A stretch of 16,550 nt of DNA from Methanocaldococcus jannaschii DSM 2661 (lineage in GTDB: Archaea > AGJL01 > Methanococci > Methanococcales > Methanocaldococcaceae), in NCBI RefSeq assembly GCF_000091665.1, contig NC_001733.1, positions 1 to 16,550 on the forward strand. Direction: 5' to 3'. Shown here piece by piece: positions 1 to 7,005 of this stretch. The translations under genes and the position numbers were made by a program. The notes beneath the pieces were generated by a model, which was given only the letters and a program-made list of their open reading frames with translations, was not told where the DNA came from and did not search any database. Numbering within the stretch: position 1 is the stretch's first letter; each line of letters opens with the position of its first letter.

Positions 1-57
1 TATAAATAGTATAGTAACCCCTATAAACAATAAAAGGAATATATAAACAAAATTCAT
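1..57 (-). CDS. 5' end (19 codons, MNFVYIFLLLFIGVTILFI) of the transglutaminase-like membrane protein gene; contiguous with 15408..16550 only if the molecule is circular
   Basis: Reverse complement of 1-57 is in frame with the ORF that runs off the right edge. ATG at 57..55. The next in-frame upstream stop is at 102..100. The extension encodes a hydrophobic helix. Confidence 0.6.
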   Translation of the reverse strand, partial: MNFVYIFLLLFIGVTILFI

Positions 58-118
58 AAACAATCCCTTTTCAATGTTTGGTTTATTTATAGTAAAGATT
101 TAATATCCTCGTATTATT

Positions 119-310
119 CTACACCCCATTTTCAATAATCCTAACCCACTCATGAGATATTATTTTCTTAATTAATTTGTTTATTTCTTTATCACCTTTT
201 ATTGATTCATAAACTTCATTAATTGTTTTTAGATTTTCTTCCTCTAATTGTTTTAATTCCTCTTCCTCTTCTTCTGTTAAATCGCCTTCTAACAGCTTTT
301 TCCAATACAA
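119..310 (-). CDS. Small acidic hypothetical protein (63 aa from a TTG start; EEEEEE tract)
   Basis: ORF track. The first codon at 310..308 is TTG, not ATG, with no obvious SD. The frame stays open upstream to 424 without any ATG/GTG/TTG, so the start is unresolved. Confidence 0.35.
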   Translation of the reverse strand: MYWKKLLEGDLTEEEEEELKQLEEENLKTINEVYESIKGDKEINKLIKKIISHEWVRIIENGV

Positions 311-428
311 TTCAGCCCATCTATCATAATTTATTGGTTTTAAGTGCTTTGAAATTGTTTCTAATAGATGTTCTTCATCCCCACTGTATAATTTTGTTTG
401 GAGCGGAGCTTTTAAGGAACTTGGTTAA

Positions 429-1259
429 TTAAAGAAATCCCAGTTTATTAAGTATATCTTTTTCAAGAATCTCAAGGATTTCTAAGACATCTCGACCTTT
501 TGTAATTGGTCTGATAATCCAATATTCTGCATTTTTCTGTTTTAAGTCATCATGTTCTCCATAGTTTTCTAAGTCATCAAATGTGCAACCCCCTACAAAA
601 TAAACTTTTACGTTATTTTTAAAATAATCCAGAGCTTTATTTTTTTCCTGTTTAAAAGCATTTTCTAATCTTTTGTTATATTCCCATTTTTTTAAGTGAG
701 GATTATATCCATAATCTCCTGGATTGTGAAATATTATTCTAAAATAATAATCTTTATTATGTTCTTTCGACTTATAAGATGTAGTGTATGAACCCAATAT
801 ATCAAAATCTTTATTTAAAATGTCATTTAAGTCATATTTAGTGGCTATTGATGACCTAATCTCTATTGTAATTATCTCATCATTTGAAAGATGAATTTCT
901 ATGTCATTGTGGGATTCATAGTTAAAATTTTCATTGCTTACATTTGCACCTTTGATTTCAATGTAATCTTTTATTAACATTAATTTTTCAGTAATTAATT
1001 GTTTTACAACTTTTTCTGCAATAAGTCCGCAAAATGATGACAATAATTTTCTTTCTTCTGTTCTTATATCTCCACTTGGATTCTTTTCACAAACATCTTC
1101 TGCTAATTTTTTAGCTTCATCATGGATATTATTTAATTCATTATCATCTAATTCTACTTTTATTACTACAAAAATATTTTTTTGTGATATAGGGGTTATT
1201 TTGCTTCCATTATATTTATTTATAGGATGTCTATAGTATTTTTCAAATATAAATTTCAT
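429..1259 (-). CDS. Hypothetical protein, possible PD-(D/E)xK-fold nuclease partner of the upstream RM fusion
   Basis: 276-aa ORF with ATG at 1259. Its SD AGGTGAT overlaps the TAA stop (1269-1271) of the RM gene, which suggests translational coupling. Candidate nuclease elements by eye: helix GLIAEKVV, then HNDIEIHL, then ITIEIRSS (D...E-x-R). Confidence 0.7.
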   Translation of the reverse strand: MKFIFEKYYRHPINKYNGSKITPISQKNIFVVIKVELDDNELNNIHDEAKKLAEDVCEKNPSGDIRTEERKLLSSFCGLIAEKVVKQLITEKLMLIKDYIEIKGANVSNENFNYESHNDIEIHLSNDEIITIEIRSSIATKYDLNDILNKDFDILGSYTTSYKSKEHNKDYYFRIIFHNPGDYGYNPHLKKWEYNKRLENAFKQEKNKALDYFKNNVKVYFVGGCTFDDLENYGEHDDLKQKNAEYWIIRPITKGRDVLEILEILEKDILNKLGFL

Positions 1260-1268
1260 ACAATCACC

Positions 1269-4200
1269 TTAATTTTTATTCCGTATCTTACGCACCAATT
1301 CATTTGTATTTATGGTATTTAGTAATTTAATAATATTTTGGCAGTATTTTAAGCAGTCTATGGATTTTTCGTCATACTTTTTTATGATGCCATTAATTTC
1401 ATTGCAGATTTCGTTTAATTCCTCTTTTGGTATTAAGTCTTGGAAGTAAATCCCATAAACTAATGAATCTATTATATTTTCTAAAAATATTCTGTCATTT
1501 TCATTTAATTTATCGTTTAATTCGAACCTCAATTTACTTAACTGTGTTAAAGCGTTTATTATGTTTTTATTTTTGGGGATTACTATAGGTAACTCTCTTA
1601 ATTCTTCTAAGGTAGTCTGCCTAAAATCATCTTTTAATGCTATTGCCGACTTTCCAATGTATATATAAGATATTAACTCACTATTTAGTATTCCTAATAA
1701 ATAGAAGTAATTAATAGGAGTATCTGGCTTTAAAACAAACACATACAAATCCTTTTTTACAACTCCTTCAATATTTCCATAAGATGCCATAATTCTATCT
1801 TGTCTATTAACGATTCTCCGTATAAAGATTTTCTCGGGAGACATAAATAGATTAATAAGCTTTTCGTTGTTTTTATGTTTTGAGAAATCAACATAATTTT
1901 TTAATTTTAATTTAGTTTCATACCTATACACATTACCTTCTAAATATGGCAAATAATATTCGTTTTCTTTTTTATCTGAAAATTTATATTTTGAAGCTAA
2001 AATTCCTATTGTAGATTCTGTTAAATCTTCCAAGTAAGTTAGTGATTCTCTACAATTTTGTTTAATTTTATCTAATATTATGTAGATTTCGGGACTTTTT
2101 GGGAATATTCGACACTTTGGGTCATTTAATATTTTTGAATATTCTATGAAAAGGTCATTTTTAAACTCAAATGAGATTTTTTTAGTTTTTTTAGGGAATG
2201 CATATATCAAAACCAAATCTTCTGATTTTGGAGGTTTTTTATGCAGTATTATTATACAATTATCAACATACGCTCCTGAAAATACATCAAAAGGTAGATA
2301 GATTAATTTTTTCAGACACATTTTTGTAAATAACTCTTTTCTAAGATTTGAATATCTCACACCCGTTCCAAAACTTGATGGGATTATAAATCCTAAATAC
2401 CCCTCATTTTTCAATAATTTACTACTATGCACTATAAATGTTACAAAAATGTCAAATTCAGGAGTATCTCTACGTTTCATAATTTCTTTTTCAGTAGGAG
2501 ATAGCAAATTCCCATAAGGTGGATTTCCAATAATTACATCAAAACCTTCCTCTTTAATAATCCATCCGAAGTCAATCTTCCAATGGAAGGGTTTTAATTT
2601 TTCAAATTCCTCAACACGTGGTCTATTCTTTTTACTTTTTTTACCATTATTCTTTTTGTTATTTCCATTTTGGTAAATCTCAGCGAAATATGCTGGAGTT
2701 ACACTCTCATATATTGAATCTCTAATTTCATCTAATAATTCTTTTAACAGATTGGCTTTAAGTCCGTGGCTTGTTCTATATACTTCATAAAGGAGATGAT
2801 ACGCTTCCACATAATTGTCTAATACATATCCATCTCTTTTTTCAAGCAATTCTTTAGCTTTTTTCAGTTTTTTTCTCTCTTCAGAATTGTGAGCGTTGAT
2901 AATTAAACCTTCAAGAACACACATTATACGCACATTATCGCATAGGTAGGAGATGGAAAGCTGTTTTAAATTTTCATCAATCCATCCAACTAAACTGTTA
3001 CCACATCTTACATTATACTCAATATTTGGCAGTAAAACTTCTCCTCTTTTTAAAGCCTCAACGTCTAAATTCTCAATAAGAGCAAGCCACAACCTAAGTT
3101 TTGCTATTTCAACAGCAATATCATCAATATCAACACCATAAAGATTGTTTAGTATAATACCTAACTTTTCTTTGTAAATGTCCATCTCTTCTCTAAGTAA
3201 ATAATAAATCCTTTTCTTAATTTGGAGCAATTCCTTTAATGCAGATATTAAGAAATGACCACTTCCAACTGCGGGGTCTAAAATTCTTATTTTATCCAAT
3301 TCATCAAGAAAAGCTCTTAAAATATGTTTATTTTCAGCTATTTTACTATCTTCATTAAGAATTTCATCTAATGTTGAGAAATTAATGTCATTTATTTTCC
3401 AATTTTTAATAATCTCTTTAAACCTCTCTACAACAATCGGCTCTATTGTATTTTTGGCAATATAGCTTGTAATCTCATCTGGAGTATAATAAGCACCCAG
3501 TCCTTTCTGCCCTTTTTCTGCCAAAATATTAATTAACTTTTCATAAACATACCCAAGAATATCTGGATTTAATTCAACTTCTTCTGAACCTTCAGATGTA
3601 GATAGAGTGAATTTATACCTTTCTAAAAAATTAATAACCTCTCCAATAATTTCATTATCTTTTATAGTAAATGATAGTTCGTTAGGAACATTATTACTCC
3701 TGAATAATCCACCATTTAAGTAAGGGATGTCTTTATAGTAAGGATTAGTTCTAATATTTTCTTTTCTTTCATCTTCTGGAGTATTAAGCACTTCATAGAA
3801 TAATGGTTTAAGATAAGCATCATAATAATTTATTAAAACGTTAGATTTTTTGTAATCTTCATAAGTTCTTCTAAGCAAATCTCTTGGGACTATTCCCTTG
3901 TCCTCAAGGAATTTTATAAATATTAACCTGTTCATTAACAATACTGCAAATTTTTTCTTGTCCAATTCTGATGTATTGGGTGGAGCTTCAATACAATTGT
4001 ATAAGCATTTTTTAGTGCCTTTATCTTTTTCTGAACTACTTTTATCTTTTTTCTTAACATCCTTAACATCTTCAAATCCAAAAACAAGTTTTACGAACTC
4101 TTTATAGAATTCATTAGTAATTTCTTCTTTTTTATGTTTAATATTCTTTGTAGCAACTTCAATATATTCTTCAATATACTCCTTTGAAAAACAATAATAA

Positions 4201-4805
4201 AACTCAGAAAATACCTGTTTTAATTCATTTTCTAAATCTTTATCTTTTTTATTTTCAAGAACATACTCAAAAATAGATTTAAGATTCAATTCTTTGAGAG
4301 TTCTTATTTCTTTAATTGTATCATCATAGTGTAATAACACCCATTCTAAACCATTAGTGGCTATACCAGTATCTACGCCATAAGATTTGATAATTAACCA
4401 CTCCTTAACCTGGTGAATTCCAGAATCTTTTTTATTTAAATCACTACCTAAAGGTTCGGCTTCGATAAGAATTTCTTTGTTAAATACTGATACTCTATAA
4501 TCAGGAATTTTTCTATCTCCTAATGGTGATTTTTTAGATATTTCTGATGTGAATTCATAACCCAAGAATTCTAAAATTGGTTCTATAACCTTCTGCCTCG
4601 TAAATGGTTCTGGAAGTTGCCCTCCAAAATCATCAGATTTAAAATTGTATCTACCCTTTTTCAATAACTCTTTAAATTTGCCTTCTAATTCTGGAATTTG
4701 CTTAATAGACAAAATAATATTCCCAACAAGCTTAATAAAATCCTTCCACTTGTTATAAACTTCTTTTGGAATTTCTATATCAGAACACAATTTTGTTTGA
4801 GCCAT
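1269..4805 (-). CDS. Type IIG-like restriction-modification fusion: N-terminal HsdR_N/PD-(D/E)xK-like module, gamma-class N6-adenine DNA methyltransferase (Eco57I/PglX-like) and C-terminal target-recognition domain
   Basis: Motif X GAYYTPDEI. Motif I ILDPAVGSGHFL (about 3249-3278). CGNSLVGW insert. Motif IV GNPPYG (NPPY = 2514-2525). N-terminal IPDYRV...LIEAEPLG...IATNGLEW. C-terminal LRELPIVIP...IDSLVYGIYF, typical of TaqI/Eco57I-type TRDs. The track start at 4814 is GTG; I prefer ATG at 4805, preceded by AGGTGGT. Confidence 0.9.
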   Translation of the reverse strand: MAQTKLCSDIEIPKEVYNKWKDFIKLVGNIILSIKQIPELEGKFKELLKKGRYNFKSDDFGGQLPEPFTRQKVIEPILEFLGYEFTSEISKKSPLGDRKIPDYRVSVFNKEILIEAEPLGSDLNKKDSGIHQVKEWLIIKSYGVDTGIATNGLEWVLLHYDDTIKEIRTLKELNLKSIFEYVLENKKDKDLENELKQVFSEFYYCFSKEYIEEYIEVATKNIKHKKEEITNEFYKEFVKLVFGFEDVKDVKKKDKSSSEKDKGTKKCLYNCIEAPPNTSELDKKKFAVLLMNRLIFIKFLEDKGIVPRDLLRRTYEDYKKSNVLINYYDAYLKPLFYEVLNTPEDERKENIRTNPYYKDIPYLNGGLFRSNNVPNELSFTIKDNEIIGEVINFLERYKFTLSTSEGSEEVELNPDILGYVYEKLINILAEKGQKGLGAYYTPDEITSYIAKNTIEPIVVERFKEIIKNWKINDINFSTLDEILNEDSKIAENKHILRAFLDELDKIRILDPAVGSGHFLISALKELLQIKKRIYYLLREEMDIYKEKLGIILNNLYGVDIDDIAVEIAKLRLWLALIENLDVEALKRGEVLLPNIEYNVRCGNSLVGWIDENLKQLSISYLCDNVRIMCVLEGLIINAHNSEERKKLKKAKELLEKRDGYVLDNYVEAYHLLYEVYRTSHGLKANLLKELLDEIRDSIYESVTPAYFAEIYQNGNNKKNNGKKSKKNRPRVEEFEKLKPFHWKIDFGWIIKEEGFDVIIGNPPYGNLLSPTEKEIMKRRDTPEFDIFVTFIVHSSKLLKNEGYLGFIIPSSFGTGVRYSNLRKELFTKMCLKKLIYLPFDVFSGAYVDNCIIILHKKPPKSEDLVLIYAFPKKTKKISFEFKNDLFIEYSKILNDPKCRIFPKSPEIYIILDKIKQNCRESLTYLEDLTESTIGILASKYKFSDKKENEYYLPYLEGNVYRYETKLKLKNYVDFSKHKNNEKLINLFMSPEKIFIRRIVNRQDRIMASYGNIEGVVKKDLYVFVLKPDTPINYFYLLGILNSELISYIYIGKSAIALKDDFRQTTLEELRELPIVIPKNKNIINALTQLSKLRFELNDKLNENDRIFLENIIDSLVYGIYFQDLIPKEELNEICNEINGIIKKYDEKSIDCLKYCQNIIKLLNTINTNELVRKIRNKN

Positions 4806-4847
4806 AACTACCACCTAACATCTAAAAAATTTAAATTATTGATTAAT

Positions 4848-5174
4848 TTAAAGTTTCTTTAAAATTTGCTCATATTCGTCCTCTTTTACATATTTTCCAC
4901 AAACTGGAATAAATCTCTTTGGCTTAACAACTTTTGGATACTTTCTAATATTTTTTAAGATGATAACTATCCATGGTTTTTTCTTTTTCTTACCATATCC
5001 CCACTTTTTATTTGAATCTTCAATATATTTTTTAAATTCCTCTTCTGTTAAAAATAAATTATTTTTATATTTCTCAAGTATCTTCATAGGATTTTCAAAA
5101 AATTCTACTTCCTCAATCTCTGCCTCTCCATAAAATCCCTGCTCTTCCCTTGAAGCATAAAATATTATCTTCAT
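4848..5174 (-). CDS. ASCH/PUA-like fold small protein (apparently the C-terminal two-thirds of the domain)
   Basis: 108-aa ORF. The pattern IIFYAS...FYGEAEIEEV...LTEEEFKKY...WIVIILKNIRKYPKVVKP resembles archaeal ASCH-domain proteins from memory. Weak SD (AAGGGA). Confidence 0.55.
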   Translation of the reverse strand: MKIIFYASREEQGFYGEAEIEEVEFFENPMKILEKYKNNLFLTEEEFKKYIEDSNKKWGYGKKKKKPWIVIILKNIRKYPKVVKPKRFIPVCGKYVKEDEYEQILKKL

Positions 5175-5181
5175 TCCCTTT

Positions 5182-5295
5182 TCAAGTTTTGGTTAATGTT
5201 GCTGGTTTGACAAAAACATTTTTATGCTCATCCAAAATCCTACCAATTAATGACTTGGGAATTGGAAATGTAGCTCCTACAATTTTATCATCCAT
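5182..5295 (-). CDS. Unlisted 37-aa ORF (MDDKIVGATFPIPKSLIGRILDEHKNVFVKPATLTKT); probable N-terminal fragment of the ASCH-like gene, or alternatively a short AbrB-like peptide
   Basis: ATG at 5295..5293 is preceded by a strong SD AGGTGAGG. TGA at 5184..5182. It is below the 60-aa cutoff of the ORF track. It ends 7 nt before the ATG of the 108-aa ORF, in a different frame. Confidence 0.45.
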   Translation of the reverse strand: MDDKIVGATFPIPKSLIGRILDEHKNVFVKPATLTKT

Positions 5296-5334
5296 AACCT
5301 CACCTCTATTATGTAGAATATTTTAATATAGTGT

Positions 5335-5526
5335 TTAAAATTTATTCTTCAACCTCACTATTTTAACCCTACCTTTCTTAACAATCTCAACTCTTCCCTC
5401 TTTTTTAAGTTCATTTAATGCAGTATAAAACTTTCTCGTATCAACTTCAAGTATTTCAATTAATTTCCGTAATGCAATAATCTTTTTCAGATTGTAAGAG
5501 TTCCAACAATCTATTTTTAACATCAT
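5335..5526 (-). CDS. Winged-helix DNA-binding fragment (recognition helix plus wing); likely the 3' part of a frameshifted gene
   Basis: 63-aa ORF. LIEILEVDTRKFYTALNELKKEGRVEIVKKGRVKIV looks like helix-3 plus the wing of a wHTH. It overlaps the 135-aa ORF by 71 nt in another frame. Confidence 0.5.
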   Translation of the reverse strand: MMLKIDCWNSYNLKKIIALRKLIEILEVDTRKFYTALNELKKEGRVEIVKKGRVKIVRLKNKF

Positions 5527-5863
5527 CTACTGTATTAGAAGATTCTTTCAAATTATTTCCATGTGAAATGTTAATTATTAAACCATTAACCAAAGTAGAT
5601 AATGTATTTAGTTGATTAACAATGTCATTCAATTCTTTCTTGCTAACATAATCATTATTGTTAGAGTTAATAACATTATTAAACTCTAATTGAATTCTTT
5701 CAATTTCTTTCTTAATGAAATTTAGTTCGTTTTCAAAATTATCTAATTTTTTATTCAATTTTTCAAAATTTTCAAAGATTTCTTTTCTTTCACCCTCTAA
5801 CTCTTCAATTTTTTCAATATAGTTATCAATGCCTAACAGCTTAATAATAGCCTTTTTAAGCAT
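5456..5863 (-). CDS. Coiled-coil protein ending in the first helices of a wHTH (5' part of the split regulator gene)
   Basis: 135-aa ORF with ATG at 5863. Heptad-like E/K/L/N-rich region. The C-terminus NRLLELLQSEKDYCITEIN* stops in the middle of a wHTH-like motif. Confidence 0.7.
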   Translation of the reverse strand: MLKKAIIKLLGIDNYIEKIEELEGERKEIFENFEKLNKKLDNFENELNFIKKEIERIQLEFNNVINSNNNDYVSKKELNDIVNQLNTLSTLVNGLIINISHGNNLKESSNTVDDVKNRLLELLQSEKDYCITEIN

Positions 5864-5890
5864 AATAACAGCTCCAAGCAGTGATTAGGT

Positions 5891-5920
5891 TTCATTACCT
5901 TTCATTACTCATCATTATTA
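5891..5920. repeat. Three tandem 10-bp units TTCATTACCT / TTCATTACTC / ATCATTATTA just upstream of the coiled-coil/wHTH gene
   Basis: Read directly. Lies 28-57 bp upstream of the ATG at 5863 (minus strand), between a TATA-like stretch (about 5920-5935) and the start codon. Confidence 0.6.
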
Positions 5921-6103
5921 TAAATATAGTAAATAAAATTTACCTTATTTTTAATGTGTCCCTCAATTAATTTATTATACAAAATGACTGTCCATATTGA
6001 TAAAATCGGCAATATACGCTCTATAAGTGGTATGCACTTTGAAAATTCTTAACTTATCCTGAACTTTTAGGCAACCAATAATAAATAATATGCAATCTCC
6101 TTT

Positions 6104-6158
6104 TTAATTGATTAATTAATCAATTAAGCAATTAATTGAGTATCAATTGATTAATTGC
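6104..6158. repeat. Palindrome cluster: perfect 24-bp palindrome TTAATTGATTAATTAATCAATTAA (6104-6127), then GCAATTAA...TCAATTGA...TTAATTGC (6128-6158)
   Basis: I checked the reverse complement base by base for 6104-6127. There are 8-bp inverted arms at 6128-6135 / 6151-6158 and an internal 8-bp palindrome TCAATTGA at 6143-6150. The 12-mer AATTGATTAATT occurs at 6106 and 6146. Confidence 0.85.
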
Positions 6159-6322
6159 AAAACTTTTTATACTTCAATTGAGAAAAGAAAATGGTTGAAA
6201 ATAGTTAAAAACGAAAAGCTTATATTTTCTTAGAAATATACAACTAAAAAAGGTTATCTACTCTCAATTGGTTATTACACAAAAAGCCTACCCAATTTAC
6301 AAACTTGGAATTAACTCACCTG

Positions 6323-6330
6323 TTTATATA
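6323..6330 (+). promoter_or_regulatory. Archaeal TATA box TTTATATA for the 144-aa membrane protein gene
   Basis: Exact match to the methanogen TATA consensus, about 53 bp upstream of the ATG at 6383. A GGTG SD lies at 6373-6376. Confidence 0.5.
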
Positions 6331-6382
6331 AATGTTACTAAAAATTAGAAAAGTAGAAAGATAATGCCCTTATGGTGTTGTC

Positions 6383-6817
6383 ATGGAAAGTAAAGAATAT
6401 CGCAAATTAGAGTATAACTATAAAGCTTTTTTAATTTTTTCTAAAGTTGCCATGCTAACATTTCTAACCGTCGGTATTGGTGCTATATTTACGCCACAAA
6501 CATATCCAATAATGCCAACCATTGGTTTTATAGTTGTTGCTGGAATCGTATCCTTAATAGGTATGACTATCGGAGCATTAATTATTCACCAACAATATGA
6601 GACGTTACCAGCTAACGAAAAGTTAGAATTTAAACAAAAACTCCTACCAGAAGCATACTACATTTGTATAGAATTGTTTGGTTACGGTTCATTAGTATTA
6701 TTATACAACACATTTACATCAAACAATCCTACATTATGCGTTATGTCTCTATTAATGGCAGGATTGTTTATATTGGTAGTCTTAGTAATCTGGTATTTTG
6801 GCTACAAAAGTTATTAA
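6383..6817 (+). CDS. Integral membrane protein, about 4 transmembrane helices, unknown function
   Basis: 144-aa ORF with ATG, SD and TATA. Four long hydrophobic segments (AFLIFSKVAMLTFLTVGIGAIF, TIGFIVVAGIVSLIGMTIGALII, YYICIELFGYGSLVLLY, LCVMSLLMAGLFILVVLVIWYF). Confidence 0.8.
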   Translation: MESKEYRKLEYNYKAFLIFSKVAMLTFLTVGIGAIFTPQTYPIMPTIGFIVVAGIVSLIGMTIGALIIHQQYETLPANEKLEFKQKLLPEAYYICIELFGYGSLVLLYNTFTSNNPTLCVMSLLMAGLFILVVLVIWYFGYKSY

Positions 6818-6822
6818 GTATC

Positions 6823-6948
6823 TTATTCCTTAGATGCATCCTTAACTGGCTTTTTAAATAGCCAATAATTCAAAACTGCAAAGGCAATAATTAACAATCC
6901 ATACATCAACATGGCAGTAAAGAATATCCACAAATTAGCATCTTCCAT
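6823..6948 (-). CDS. Unlisted 41-aa single-pass membrane peptide (MEDANLWIFFTAMLMYGLLIIAFAVLNYWLFKKPVKDASKE)
   Basis: ATG at 6948..6946 preceded by GGTGGT. TAA at 6825..6823. Last ORF of the minus-strand replication block. Below the ORF-track cutoff. Confidence 0.4.
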   Translation of the reverse strand: MEDANLWIFFTAMLMYGLLIIAFAVLNYWLFKKPVKDASKE

Positions 6949-7005
6949 AACCACCAGCCCCTATTTTTCTACTTATGATTATGGCAACTAATGAGATATA
7001 AACCT

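Noticed and set aside
64-85. 19/22 similarity between TCCCTTTTCAATGTTTGGTTTA (64-85) and TCCCTTTTCAAGTTTTGGTTAA (5175-5196), both just upstream (minus-strand sense) of start codons
   Set aside because: An 11-mer exact match plus T-rich flanks is within chance expectation for a 16.5-kb AT-rich sequence compared with itself. It may simply reflect similar GAAAAGGGA ribosome-binding regions.
425-431. Fusing the 276-aa ORF to the downstream open frame by a single frameshift
   Set aside because: The junction TTTAATTAACC places TAA stops in two frames, at 431..429 and 427..425, and the third frame stops shortly after. No single indel yields a continuous ORF.
223-432. 69-aa plus-strand ORF
   Set aside because: It is antisense to the acidic ORF and its open upstream frame. 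It is Leu/Pro/Ile-rich, mirroring the Glu/Lys codons opposite, and has no initiation signals.
6664-6861. 65-aa plus-strand ORF overlapping the 144-aa membrane protein gene in another frame
   Set aside because: It lies almost entirely inside a better-supported ORF that has a TATA, SD and clear TM-helix pattern.
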